DNA from: Candidatus Omnitrophota bacterium
Lineage (GTDB): Bacteria > Omnitrophota > Gorgyraeia > Zapsychrales > Fredricksoniimonadaceae
Assembly: GCA_015233335.1 (NCBI GenBank)
Contig: JADFXX010000001.1
Location: forward strand, 6,302 to 70,301
Reading direction: 5' to 3'
Length of the DNA: 64,000 nt
Positions 15,330 to 25,326 of the stretch are shown one piece after another. Each line of letters begins with the position of its first letter. The first letter of the stretch is position 1. The position numbers were made by a program, and so were the translations under genes. The notes under the pieces are model-generated. The model was not told where the DNA came from. It saw nothing but the letters and a program-made list of their open reading frames with translations, and did not search any database.

Positions 15330-16199
15330 ATGAATACGATCCTCTCGTTATTGCGTGTCAATCAATGGGTTAAGAACGCTTTTATCCTGTTTCCACTTGT
15401 CTTTTCAGGACATTTTCTGGAAGGGGATAGATCTACTGCCGTTTTAATGGCCTTTTTTGCATTTTGTTGTTTGGCCAGCGGTGTCTATATCTTCAATGAT
15501 CTTTTGGATTTTCGCCGCGACCGTTTGCATCCCAAAAAGAAAAACCGCCCTTTAAGTGCCGGTTTAATAACTCCCACTGCGGCATGTGCTCTGGGCCTGC
15601 CGCTTGTGGGAATAGGATTGGCCTGTAGTTTCTGGATCAATTCCGGTGTCGGCGCCGTGGCCTTATTTTACATCGCCATTCACGTGATTTATAACTTATG
15701 GGCCAAAGATGTTGTTATTCTGGATGTTTTTTTTATTGCTTTCGGTTTTCAATTAAGGATATGGGCCGGCAGCTTGGCCGCCGGGATCTCGCCTTCCGAA
15801 TGGCTGCAGATGTGCGTTTTTGTCTTGTCCCTGTTTTTAGGGTTTACCAAAAGACGCTCGGAATTGTCTGATCTTAAAGAAAAAGCGGCCCAGCATCGTC
15901 ATGCTTTACTGGAATATAATTTTTATCTGCTCGACCAGATTATTATGATCACAGCCGCACTCACAGTCATGTTTTATGGACTTTATTCCATTTCACCTGA
16001 AGTGACGGTGCGCACACACCATGTCAGCATGGTCTATTCATTGGGCTTTGTTATCTTTGGAGTGTTCCGCTATCTTTATCTGGTGCATGTTAAAAAACTC
16101 GGCGGTGAGCCCGGAGAATTATTGCTGCATGATACGCCTTTGATCATTGATGTCGGGCTGTGGCTAATATTTATCGCCGCGGCTGTGTATTTTGTCTAA
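15330..16199 (+). CDS. UbiA-family polyprenyl-phosphate phosphoribosyltransferase (DPPR-synthase-like)
   Basis: RVNQWVKNAFILFPLVFSG, Asp-rich NDLLDFRRDRLHPKKKNRPLSAG, QLRIWAGSLAAGISPSEW and GFTKRRSEL track the motifs I recall from mycobacterial decaprenyl-phosphate phosphoribosyltransferase (Rv3806c family). Confidence 0.75.
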   Translation: MNTILSLLRVNQWVKNAFILFPLVFSGHFLEGDRSTAVLMAFFAFCCLASGVYIFNDLLDFRRDRLHPKKKNRPLSAGLITPTAACALGLPLVGIGLACSFWINSGVGAVALFYIAIHVIYNLWAKDVVILDVFFIAFGFQLRIWAGSLAAGISPSEWLQMCVFVLSLFLGFTKRRSELSDLKEKAAQHRHALLEYNFYLLDQIIMITAALTVMFYGLYSISPEVTVRTHHVSMVYSLGFVIFGVFRYLYLVHVKKLGGEPGELLLHDTPLIIDVGLWLIFIAAAVYFV

Positions 16200-16213
16200 C
16201 TGATAAAAATGCA

Positions 16214-16918
16214 ATGATATACTCTTTTGATATTTTTGACACCACCCTGACACGGTCTGTTGCCCGGCCCAAAGATATTTTTCGGTTAATGCAAAGAAAA
16301 TTGTCCGGCTATACCCATCAATTCCCGCGATCCCTGATCGATCATTTTTATTCAGCGAGATTAAACGCTGAGTTTAGTGTCCGGCTTTCGAGCTATTTAC
16401 ACAAAAAACCAGAAATCACTTTAAAGGATATTTATGAAACCCTTTGTGCCAAATTTCCTTTAAATCAACAGCAGTGCAGGGATCTCATGGATTTGGAGAT
16501 GGCGACCGAATATGAATCCATCTACCCCATTGCCTGGACCTTGTCTCAAATCCTCTCCCTACGTCAAAACAAAGAGCGCATTATTTTTGTTTCTGATATG
16601 TACCTTCCCATAGATTTTATTGAGCGCCTGCTTGTGAAAGTTGGGGCTTATCAAAAACATACAGATAAAATATACCTCTCTAGCACACTTGGCGTCGCTA
16701 AACTCGATGGCGGTCTGTTTCGATACATTTTAGAACAGGAACAATGCCAACCGTCAGAAATATGTCATTACGGGGATGATATCCAAAGCGATGTCTATGT
16801 CCCTTTTAAAATGGGGATTAATATCTATGGATCATCCCTTGATGAGGTTCATAATACGCTTAAATCTTATTCTTATAAAAAAATGCAAAAGTATATCCGA
16901 TATATTTTTCAATGTTAA
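16214..16918 (+). CDS. HAD-superfamily hydrolase-like protein (candidate phosphatase)
   Basis: N-terminal MIYSFDIFDTTLTR carries the DxDxT nucleophile motif. A later VSDMY and a GDDIQSD acidic motif are also present. I trimmed the start from 16160 to the ATG at 16214. Confidence 0.6.
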   Translation: MIYSFDIFDTTLTRSVARPKDIFRLMQRKLSGYTHQFPRSLIDHFYSARLNAEFSVRLSSYLHKKPEITLKDIYETLCAKFPLNQQQCRDLMDLEMATEYESIYPIAWTLSQILSLRQNKERIIFVSDMYLPIDFIERLLVKVGAYQKHTDKIYLSSTLGVAKLDGGLFRYILEQEQCQPSEICHYGDDIQSDVYVPFKMGINIYGSSLDEVHNTLKSYSYKKMQKYIRYIFQC

Positions 16919-18315
16919 ATCTAAATAAACCCATCTTACAGCTAAGCCGCCACGAACAATCCATTCTGCACTCATCAGGGCCGCAGGATTTTCGGTCTCT
17001 TTTATCCGGCACCTGCCGGGTCGCTCGACTATCTAGATCCTATTCGGATCACCATCGCCAGGTCATTTGGGACACAAGTACCGATGTAATCGGCCCTACA
17101 TTTTTCTTCTTCATCTGGTGGACCTTGAGATGCGCCCAACAGCAAAACATAAAACGTTTGTATTTTTTGGCCCGTGACGGCCATATCCTTATACAAATTG
17201 CCCAAAAAATCATTGAAAAATACAACATCCCTATAGAATGCCGCTATCTCCATGGGTCACGGCAAGCATGGCTCATTCCTTCCATCCGATCCATTGATCG
17301 ATCTGAGCTATCATGGATTTTTTCTGATTGGTGGTACAAACTTTCTGTGGAATCTGTTTGCAAAAGATTGAGCTTTACTCCGTCGCAAGCTAAGGATGTT
17401 CTCGTTCAATATGGCTTTGATGAACACTCCTGGGACAAACCCTTAAATAAAGAAGGGGAAAATAAACTCAAAGACTGCTTTAAGTCCCATCTATTTGGGG
17501 ACTGGTTTCAAAGTAAAATCATTACCGACTTTAATAACATCACAGGGTATTTTAAACAGGAAGGCGTATGGGAAGCCTGCCCCTTTGGACTCGTTGACAT
17601 CGGATGGCTTGGAAACCAGCAGTACACTTTCAATAAAATCTTAGATAAATGCAATCATTTGCCTCATCAAAGCATCAAAGGTTTCTACCTGGGGATCACC
17701 GAGGCTGTTAAAAAATATCCCAAAGATCAGTTATTTGGATTCCTTTTTGACCTTTCTCGCAGCCGAAAACGTATTTCCTTAAGGAACAATCATTTGTATG
17801 AAGTATTTGCGGCTTGTGATCAAAGGAGGACCGCTCATTTTGATTCCAAAGACGGCAAATTCTTTCCGGTTTTTAGCCCTCTGGTCCCCAAAAAAGTTAT
17901 TGATTGGGGAATAGCCCTGCAGCAGGAAGGGATCTTGGAATTTTGTTCCATGATGATCGCCAACTGTCCTTCAGACTTGTTTAAAGAAGAATATTATTAT
18001 CCGGCCCTTGAGAAAATCTTAAATCAATTCATCAACAAGCCAAGCTCTGGGGAAGCTCAAATTTACGGGCAATTCCCTATCGACGGAGAAATGACCGAAA
18101 GCAATTTAGGACAAATTGCCCCACGGATCAGCAGAAAACAATTCTGGACTGCTTGTCTTAACTTAAAAGAATTTCGCTTGTTCTGGATTCAGGCTGTGTT
18201 TGTCAGATCAGGTCTTTGGTTTGAATTTTATTTCTGGAAAGTCATCCTTCCCCTATTGGCCTTGGGGTATTATTTATTATTTCGCCTCATCCGATTATTT
18301 AAAAAATCAGTCTAG
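16912..18315 (+). CDS. Unknown protein (467 aa) with a C-terminal membrane anchor
   Basis: Overlaps the HAD gene by 7 nt, which suggests translational coupling. Hydrophobic C-terminus LWFEFYFWKVILPLLALGYYLLF. I recognise no motif. Confidence 0.55.
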   Translation: MLNLNKPILQLSRHEQSILHSSGPQDFRSLLSGTCRVARLSRSYSDHHRQVIWDTSTDVIGPTFFFFIWWTLRCAQQQNIKRLYFLARDGHILIQIAQKIIEKYNIPIECRYLHGSRQAWLIPSIRSIDRSELSWIFSDWWYKLSVESVCKRLSFTPSQAKDVLVQYGFDEHSWDKPLNKEGENKLKDCFKSHLFGDWFQSKIITDFNNITGYFKQEGVWEACPFGLVDIGWLGNQQYTFNKILDKCNHLPHQSIKGFYLGITEAVKKYPKDQLFGFLFDLSRSRKRISLRNNHLYEVFAACDQRRTAHFDSKDGKFFPVFSPLVPKKVIDWGIALQQEGILEFCSMMIANCPSDLFKEEYYYPALEKILNQFINKPSSGEAQIYGQFPIDGEMTESNLGQIAPRISRKQFWTACLNLKEFRLFWIQAVFVRSGLWFEFYFWKVILPLLALGYYLLFRLIRLFKKSV

Positions 18316-19266
18316 ATAAACGTTTTTCCGGTTAATAATTGCCTCAACCCACCTGGTCCATGCTTTCAATATTGCAGATGGCAGATACGACATCAAAAAC
18401 ATTGCTCCAGCAACTGGCAAAAATAACAAATCTCTTCTAATCGCTTCAAACAGGCAATTTCTTCCCTCCTTTTTATCCCGGGAAACAATGATATACCACC
18501 CATTGACTATTAATCCAATTGCAAATATTCTTCGAAAATTGATAGAACTTTTTTGTTCTTGAGTTAAATACCTTTCTGCGTTGCGAAGAAGAGCTATATG
18601 ACCCCTTCTCATCAAAACGGTGTTACGGCTCATATTGTTCTGATGCACCCTGACAAAAGATAAACATTGATTGAGATGCTCGATTTTAACTCCCTGGGCC
18701 ATGACCCGGCACCATAAATCCCAGTCCATGCAGGTCTCCATCGAAACATTAAAAAGACCTGCTTTTTGAATAATTGATTTTTTAAGCACGAGCGTATTGA
18801 TAGGGGTAAAATTCTTGCGTAAAATGTTATTTAAAAGCTCGTCTTGAAAAGAACTTATCCTATAGGGATCATGCCTATTAGAAGTATTAAGTTCTCCTGT
18901 AAAATATTGATAGCCTACAACAACCATATCACACGGCATGTCAAGAAGCACCCGCATCGACTCTGAAATCATCTGCGGATGCAATAAATCATCGTCATCC
19001 AGGAAAACTATGAAATCACCCCTGGATTCAAGAATGCCGCGATTGAGACTATCGGACAGGCCAGTATGGGGCTTTTTAAAAAAACGGATTTTATCACTTG
19101 AAAAGTTTTTGCTGATAAACCCTTGCACATCTGTCGTCGAACCATCATCAACAATGATGATTTCGATAGGAGCATGCTCTTGGGCCAATAAACTATTCAA
19201 GGCATCTTTAACATAATCGAGCCTATTGTAAATCGGCATAATAATACTGACTAACAAAGAAGACAT
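18307..19266 (-). CDS. Family 2 glycosyltransferase
   Basis: VSIIMPIYNRLDYVKDALNSLLAQ..IIIVDDGSTT..FLDDDD, the typical GT2 (GT-A) N-terminal half. Confidence 0.85.
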   Translation of the reverse strand: MSSLLVSIIMPIYNRLDYVKDALNSLLAQEHAPIEIIIVDDGSTTDVQGFISKNFSSDKIRFFKKPHTGLSDSLNRGILESRGDFIVFLDDDDLLHPQMISESMRVLLDMPCDMVVVGYQYFTGELNTSNRHDPYRISSFQDELLNNILRKNFTPINTLVLKKSIIQKAGLFNVSMETCMDWDLWCRVMAQGVKIEHLNQCLSFVRVHQNNMSRNTVLMRRGHIALLRNAERYLTQEQKSSINFRRIFAIGLIVNGWYIIVSRDKKEGRNCLFEAIRRDLLFLPVAGAMFLMSYLPSAILKAWTRWVEAIINRKNVYLD

Positions 19267-19269
19267 GGA

Positions 19270-20178
19270 TTAAGCCATCCTATTAACCGTATCTTGATAG
19301 GAACATCCCCTGTTGCACAAAGCATCCCTGACGCCTTGGACAAAAAAAGAAAGTTTATTACGCCTATCTTGTTCAAAAAATAAAAGCAACGCGAATTTAT
19401 GCGCAAGATACATGATATAAAACAATGAAAGCCCCGGGTTTTTTAAAAAGCTTTCCTTGATAAGCACGAGAAGATTGCGCGCGATCAAATAACAACGACC
19501 GGCCGGATGATTGTTTGTGGTAACCATCATGTTGACCAAAGGGATTTTATGCTGGGTCTTATGGCCCATCGCATGTTCGAACATCGGTTTTGTATAAATA
19601 AAATTATTCAAACCTAAACACCTGACTTTAAAACAAAAATCATGATCAACCCAATCAAGAAAGAATTCTTCCCTAAAGCCCCCCGCCTTTGTAAATGTTT
19701 CAACAGAAAAAAAACTTCCTGAAGAGATCAAAAAATCTGTCCTAAGCCACCTTCCTTCACTCCCCCTTTGACCGGGCGCACCTAAAACTTGTCCGGAGTT
19801 GATATCGATATATTGCGTACTTATAATACCGGCATTTTTAAGCCCTAAATGATCGTCTAAAGCATGAGTATACAGCTCAATAAGACCATCATAAATGATC
19901 GTATCATCATCAAGCGTTAATACCCATGTACAGCCCTTTTCAATAGCCCAATGAATGCCTAAATTTTGAGACCGGCCAATTCCTAGATTTGCGTTATTTT
20001 TTATAACGTGACAACCCTGCTCTTTGAGGATAGATAAAATATTTTGTGAGCTGTCATCTTCCGTATTATCAACCACAACAACCTGCTTGACTTGGGATTT
20101 AATCGAGGCCAAATGATCAACCAGAAAGCTTTGGGGATGATAAGTAACTATGACTGCGAAAATTGATCTGTCTAACAT
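19270..20178 (-). CDS. Family 2 glycosyltransferase, rhamnosyltransferase-like
   Basis: AVIVTYHP..VVVVDNTEDDSS..NNANLGIGRSQN..LDDDT pattern. I trimmed the start to MLDRS (20178). Confidence 0.75.
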   Translation of the reverse strand: MLDRSIFAVIVTYHPQSFLVDHLASIKSQVKQVVVVDNTEDDSSQNILSILKEQGCHVIKNNANLGIGRSQNLGIHWAIEKGCTWVLTLDDDTIIYDGLIELYTHALDDHLGLKNAGIISTQYIDINSGQVLGAPGQRGSEGRWLRTDFLISSGSFFSVETFTKAGGFREEFFLDWVDHDFCFKVRCLGLNNFIYTKPMFEHAMGHKTQHKIPLVNMMVTTNNHPAGRCYLIARNLLVLIKESFLKNPGLSLFYIMYLAHKFALLLFFEQDRRNKLSFFVQGVRDALCNRGCSYQDTVNRMA

Positions 20179-20218
20179 TTCAAGACCGCCATTTCTGGGA
20201 CAGAATAAAGCATATATT

Positions 20219-21202
20219 TCATTTATAAATTTTATAAAAAACAAACAGATCTAAAATAGTTCTTAACGGATATGGGCAATCTTTATAGTATTTAAGAAGC
20301 GAAACCTTTCGCTTTCGGGACAAGGCTTGATCTGGTTGAATTAAATTTGAGACTAAAAGAATTTCTTTATCCGTTAATCCTTCTTTCGGGACTAAGGAAA
20401 TTCCAAAACGTTCATAAAAAGCTTTCATTTGCCCAACAACACGTTCCTGCAGCATGTAATATTTCTTTAAATATTTAGGCATATTAAACAAATATTCCCC
20501 AACCCGCTGCCTTAACCCACAGGTATTATGTTCGTGTTTTCTATAAAGAATAGTGGGGTCTGCCACATAACCAATGCGGCCTAAAGCCGCCGCTATAATA
20601 CCTGCCCACCAATCATGCATGATCGCATCCGAAGGGATGGGAATTGATAATTGAACCAATCTCTTATTTAAAAGGACCGTATTCCCGATAATCACATTAT
20701 GTAGGATTAAATTCCTAAAATGAGTTGCCAGATGAGGATTGATTCTCATAAACCCGTGGGTAGAGCGGGCAATGAGATTAAGGTCCTTATCGACCAAAGA
20801 AGAATCTGTATGCACCAGCATTGGAAGATCAGGGCCATATTGTTTTTCCAATTCAAGCATCTTGTCCAAAGTTACCGATATTTTTTCTTTGAGCCAAACA
20901 TCATCCTGATCACAAAACATGACATACGGGGACCTTGAAAGCTCCATTAGCTTTCCAAAAGACTGGCTTGGGCCTAATCTCTTTGCATCGTTTGGAAGGA
21001 GGCTGATCCGATCCGGGTGTTTATGAAGATACTCATCTAAAATCTTTAAAGTTTCATCTTGCGAGCCATCATCACGAACCAATAATCGCCAATTTGTAAA
21101 ACTTTGACATAAAACAGAATCTAATAGCTCTCTAAGATATCGTCCTCCATTATAGGTCGAGAGCAAAATGTCAATCTTATGAGTTGATGAGAGCGGAATC
21201 AT
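20219..21202 (-). CDS. Family 2 glycosyltransferase
   Basis: IDILLSTYNGGRYLRELLDSVLCQ..LLVRDDGSQDET..FCDQDD motifs. Confidence 0.85.
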   Translation of the reverse strand: MIPLSSTHKIDILLSTYNGGRYLRELLDSVLCQSFTNWRLLVRDDGSQDETLKILDEYLHKHPDRISLLPNDAKRLGPSQSFGKLMELSRSPYVMFCDQDDVWLKEKISVTLDKMLELEKQYGPDLPMLVHTDSSLVDKDLNLIARSTHGFMRINPHLATHFRNLILHNVIIGNTVLLNKRLVQLSIPIPSDAIMHDWWAGIIAAALGRIGYVADPTILYRKHEHNTCGLRQRVGEYLFNMPKYLKKYYMLQERVVGQMKAFYERFGISLVPKEGLTDKEILLVSNLIQPDQALSRKRKVSLLKYYKDCPYPLRTILDLFVFYKIYK

Positions 21203-22076
21203 TTGTAGGGCTTGGTGAAATATGTTTTATCTCTGTGGAAATGAACATTGATGTGATGAACTTTAAATCACTTAAACTCATCTTTCCAAATAAAAAATTC
21301 TTGAGTAACGACAAATAATCTAATCTTTGTTTTAGTATTAAAGACCTGCGTATTCTGCGGTCCGGATAATTCTTGATTAACTCGTTAATAGTCACAAAAT
21401 GTTTGATCCTCTTATTTATACTAGACCAATTGCAATACATTCCGACACCAAACCTGTAAACAGACATAAACTCATCCAAATATTTAATTTTTCCGTTTCT
21501 AACAGATAAAAGGTTGAGCGGATAATCCGCGATCGGGCAATGACAAAGCCATTCGGGAATCGTAAAATTATTTCTATACACAACGGAAGCTGTGTGGATA
21601 TAATTCCCAAAACGTATTAAATCATCAATATTCGTCTCACTTCCCGGGACCCGCATTAAAAAATCGTCTACTAGACTGCCGTCCTGCAATAAAATCCTGA
21701 CCTTGTGATAACAAATATTAAACTCGGCGTTCTGTTTAAGAAAATTAATCTGTTTCTGTAGCTTATAAGGATCCGTCCAATAATCGTCCCCTTCGCAAAA
21801 CGCAATAAATTCTCCGGACACTTTCTTCAAGGCCCCAAAAAGATTGGGCCCTATTCCTATATTCTTATCATTCCTGAAATAGGACACCCTTTGGGGGTCC
21901 TGATCGGCATATTGTTGACATATATCACCCGTCTTATCTGTTGACGCGTCCTCACAAATGATCAAATGGTAATCAAAATCACATTTTTGAATGAGCACCC
22001 CTTCAATCGCCTGTCTGATAAAGGCCTCTTGATTGTAGGTAATCATGCATACACTGACAAATGCGTTATGAATCAT
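21177..22076 (-). CDS. Family 2 glycosyltransferase
   Basis: VSVCMITYNQEAFIRQAIEGVLIQ..IICEDASTD..FCEGDDYW motifs. Confidence 0.85.
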   Translation of the reverse strand: MIHNAFVSVCMITYNQEAFIRQAIEGVLIQKCDFDYHLIICEDASTDKTGDICQQYADQDPQRVSYFRNDKNIGIGPNLFGALKKVSGEFIAFCEGDDYWTDPYKLQKQINFLKQNAEFNICYHKVRILLQDGSLVDDFLMRVPGSETNIDDLIRFGNYIHTASVVYRNNFTIPEWLCHCPIADYPLNLLSVRNGKIKYLDEFMSVYRFGVGMYCNWSSINKRIKHFVTINELIKNYPDRRIRRSLILKQRLDYLSLLKNFLFGKMSLSDLKFITSMFISTEIKHISPSPTNDSALINS

Positions 22077-22698
22077 CCGGCTCCAGCTTCTTTACGGGTG
22101 CCCCTGCATAAATACCGCAGGATAAAATATCTTTAACAACAATAGAACCTGCACCGATCGTTACATTGTTACAAATTGATACTTTAGGCAACAAGATGGC
22201 GCCTGCGCCTATACGGCAAAAATCACCCACACGAGCACCTCCCAATATTAACGCTAAGGGACTTATTTCACAAAATTTACCGATAATAGCCTCATGGTGG
22301 ATTTGTGCTCCGCTGTTAATTAAACTGCCATGCCCCAGCCTGACCCGAGAGCTGATTAATGCCCGTTTCATGATATCGACAGACACGTCAATGTCCTCAA
22401 CGCGGGAACTGACCTCTGCCAGAGAAGACCTAAGTGCAACCTGCCTGCCGCCTAAACTGATTAATCTTTCAATCAGGATTTTTCTGGACTCCGGGTCCCC
22501 TACGCCTAAACAAAAATCCGGATCATTTTTGAACAATTTTCTGGCGTCATCCTGAGTCTTTATTACTAAATGAGAACCTAAAACAGTTTTAATCGGCGTA
22601 CAGTCGTCATAGAAAACAATAGCTGTATCTTTATTATTGTTTTCACATAAGACATCGAAAACCTCTAACGCATGCCCGCCCGCACCGGCTATTAACAT
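22066..22698 (-). CDS. NeuD/PglD-family sugar N-acetyltransferase (hexapeptide left-handed beta-helix)
   Basis: N-terminal MLIAGAGGHALEV Rossmann-like start followed by hexapeptide repeats (IGKFCEISPLALILGGARVGDFCRIGAGAILLP..VTIGAGSIV). Confidence 0.8.
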   Translation of the reverse strand: MLIAGAGGHALEVFDVLCENNNKDTAIVFYDDCTPIKTVLGSHLVIKTQDDARKLFKNDPDFCLGVGDPESRKILIERLISLGGRQVALRSSLAEVSSRVEDIDVSVDIMKRALISSRVRLGHGSLINSGAQIHHEAIIGKFCEISPLALILGGARVGDFCRIGAGAILLPKVSICNNVTIGAGSIVVKDILSCGIYAGAPVKKLEPDDS

Positions 22699-22723
22699 AT
22701 CCCCTCCTTTTTAAAAAGACCAA

Positions 22724-23851
22724 TCACCTGCCTTTAATCAGACGAATGCACTCACAAACACAGTCAACCTCATCGATCGATAAATCTGGATATAAAGGCA
22801 GGCATAAAATTTCCTGACTTACCTTTTCTGCAACGGGCAATAAACCCTTTCTTGCAGATTTTAATTCCTTATAAGGAGGAAATTGGCTTATAAGCGGATA
22901 AAAATATCTTCGTGAAATTATATTGTGTTTCTTTAGCTTTTCATAAACATAATCACGACTGCGGCCAAAGATTCCTTGATCTACAACTATAGGAAAGTAA
23001 CCATAATTACTCTCTGTATTTTCAGGGACCTGAAGAAGACGTATACCATCAATAGTTCTCAAATTCTCCCGATAGGCACACGCTAATATTTTTCTTTTTT
23101 TAATAATATCCTCGACATACTTAAGCTGCAATACCCCCAGAGCTGCCTGAAACTCATTCATTTTCGCATTGATCCCGGGACCGACCACGGTTGTTTCATT
23201 GGCAAACCCAAAATTCTTTAAAAAATCAATCCGTTTCTTCATGCTTTTATCATGACAGACTATGGCCCCACCCTCGAATGTATTAAACACCTTGGTCGCA
23301 TGAAAACTCATGACAGACAAATCACCAAAATTGAGCACAGTTTGGCCTCCCCTTTTGACCCCAAACGCATGACATGCATCATAAATAACTTTAAGTTTGT
23401 GCAAGTCCGCAATCGCTTTTATGCGTTTGACGTCGCAGGGAGTGCCATAAACATGTACGGGCAATATAGCAGTTGTTTTCGGTGAAATGGCAGCCTCGAT
23501 CTTCATGGGATCTAAACAAAACGTTTCAGGCTCAATATCAACAAATACCGGCTTGATATTATTCCACCAGAGAGCATGTGTGGTTGCGACAAAACTAAAA
23601 GGCGTTGTAATCACTTCCCCTGATATTTCTAGAGCTTGTAAGGCAGTTAGTAAAGCTAAAGTCCCATTAGAAAAAAGACAGATATGCTTGACGCCCAAAT
23701 ATTGACATAAAGCCGCTTCAAATTCCTGATGGAATTTTCCGTTGTTGGTTAACCACTTGCTTGCCCAAATATCTTGAAGATAAGGTTCAAACTCCTCAAG
23801 GGGCGGAAGGAAAGATTTTGTAACGAATAAGGGATTTTGTATTTTTTTCAA
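22724..23851 (-). CDS. DegT/DnrJ/EryC1/StrS-family PLP-dependent sugar aminotransferase
   Basis: Family-typical length and motifs, including the PLP-lysine context SFHATKVF. Confidence 0.88.
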   Translation of the reverse strand: MKKIQNPLFVTKSFLPPLEEFEPYLQDIWASKWLTNNGKFHQEFEAALCQYLGVKHICLFSNGTLALLTALQALEISGEVITTPFSFVATTHALWWNNIKPVFVDIEPETFCLDPMKIEAAISPKTTAILPVHVYGTPCDVKRIKAIADLHKLKVIYDACHAFGVKRGGQTVLNFGDLSVMSFHATKVFNTFEGGAIVCHDKSMKKRIDFLKNFGFANETTVVGPGINAKMNEFQAALGVLQLKYVEDIIKKRKILACAYRENLRTIDGIRLLQVPENTESNYGYFPIVVDQGIFGRSRDYVYEKLKKHNIISRRYFYPLISQFPPYKELKSARKGLLPVAEKVSQEILCLPLYPDLSIDEVDCVCECIRLIKGR

Positions 23852-23865
23852 AAAAAGCCTCCCAA

Positions 23866-25326
23866 TTAACCGGTTTTCCTGTTTATAAGGTTCTTCATAA
23901 AAACTTTTCTGATTTCAGCATAGCTTCCAAAACCAAAAATGTGGGCACATGCCATCACAATCAATAAACCCACCATAATTTGAACTAACAATGTGCCCAA
24001 TACATTGTACGTCAATAAGCATCCCATAGCATATACACAGCAGCCCATGATGGCCGAACTAAAGAAAATAGGGGCAAGGTCCGCTACTTGTTCCCTCATA
24101 GAATAATCTATTAAATGGCCTGACCAATAAGTGTTTATAAAATAAGCCGCGAACGAATGAATGATCATGGCGATCAACATGGCTTTAATGCCGATAAAAA
24201 TACCGATCAGAATGACCGGTACGGAAAGCAGTTTCTTTATAAGTTCCAGCTTTAAAAAAAGATCGGAGCGGCCTTTCACATTTAACATGTTTAAGTTTAA
24301 AGCATGTAAAGGATACAGCATACCCACAAAGCACAACAACTGCAAATAAGAGACGGCTGTCAGCCATTTTGCACCGATTAACACTAAAATAAACTGCTTG
24401 GCGCTCGCTGCTAAACCGATCAAGAAAGTAAAAGAAATAAACATCGTGTTTTTAATAAGTTCTTTATAGTAGAGCTTAAGCCTCATATCATCATCCTGGA
24501 TGGATGAAAGTACAGGATAACTGACACGCTGTACGATCGTTGTTAAATTAGATGAAAACAAGTTTTGACAATTATCCGACCACGTATAATACCCTAAATC
24601 AATGGCGGAATAAAATTTCCCGATAGTAATATAATAAAAAGAGTTATATGTGCTGTCCAGCAATCCAGCTGCCAATAATTTTGACCCAAAATTAAACATG
24701 GCCCTTAAAGAAGTCTTGCTGAACAAAAATGCGGGTTTCCAAGCACTCCATAACCAAAGCAATAGATTTTGAAGAAAATTCTGAATGATCATCTTCCACA
24801 CTAAGCTCCATACTCCCCAACCGCGATAAGCCATCCCTATGCTCACCAAACCCGCAAATATCGAAGAAATAATAGAAATCTTTGTCTGCAGTTTAAAATT
24901 AATGCCCTTAATAAGTATCGTATTCTGGATTAATCCTGCCGCATTGATAATTAATACAAGGCCTAAGACCTGCAGCATTTTTTCTAAAGGAGGTTGATTA
25001 AAAAAACGGCTTATTGGCCCTGCAGAAAAAAAGAAAATGCCATAAAACAGCACGCCAATGAATAAATTAAAATAGAAAGCCGTGCAATAATCATTTTGAT
25101 CGCAGTCTTTCTTGCGTATTAAAGCTTGACTAAAACCACTGTCTATGAAAATTTGGGCAATAGGGATAAAAATAATGATCATCCCAAAAAGACCAAATTC
25201 TCGAGGCGCAAGCATGCGGGCCAGCACAATGCTAATAATAAAATTGATACCCTGACTGACAATATTGTCAGTAAAACTCCAGAATAGGCCTAATAAAGTT
25301 CTTTGTTTAAGATTATCTTCTGTCAT
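23866..25326 (-). CDS. wzx: Wzx-like MOP-family polysaccharide flippase
   Basis: About 12-14 TM segments with the N-terminal pattern GINFIISIVLARMLAPREFGL. The start at MTEDN (25326) forms an ATGA overlap with the rfbB stop. Confidence 0.8.
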   Translation of the reverse strand: MTEDNLKQRTLLGLFWSFTDNIVSQGINFIISIVLARMLAPREFGLFGMIIIFIPIAQIFIDSGFSQALIRKKDCDQNDYCTAFYFNLFIGVLFYGIFFFSAGPISRFFNQPPLEKMLQVLGLVLIINAAGLIQNTILIKGINFKLQTKISIISSIFAGLVSIGMAYRGWGVWSLVWKMIIQNFLQNLLLWLWSAWKPAFLFSKTSLRAMFNFGSKLLAAGLLDSTYNSFYYITIGKFYSAIDLGYYTWSDNCQNLFSSNLTTIVQRVSYPVLSSIQDDDMRLKLYYKELIKNTMFISFTFLIGLAASAKQFILVLIGAKWLTAVSYLQLLCFVGMLYPLHALNLNMLNVKGRSDLFLKLELIKKLLSVPVILIGIFIGIKAMLIAMIIHSFAAYFINTYWSGHLIDYSMREQVADLAPIFFSSAIMGCCVYAMGCLLTYNVLGTLLVQIMVGLLIVMACAHIFGFGSYAEIRKVFMKNLINRKTG

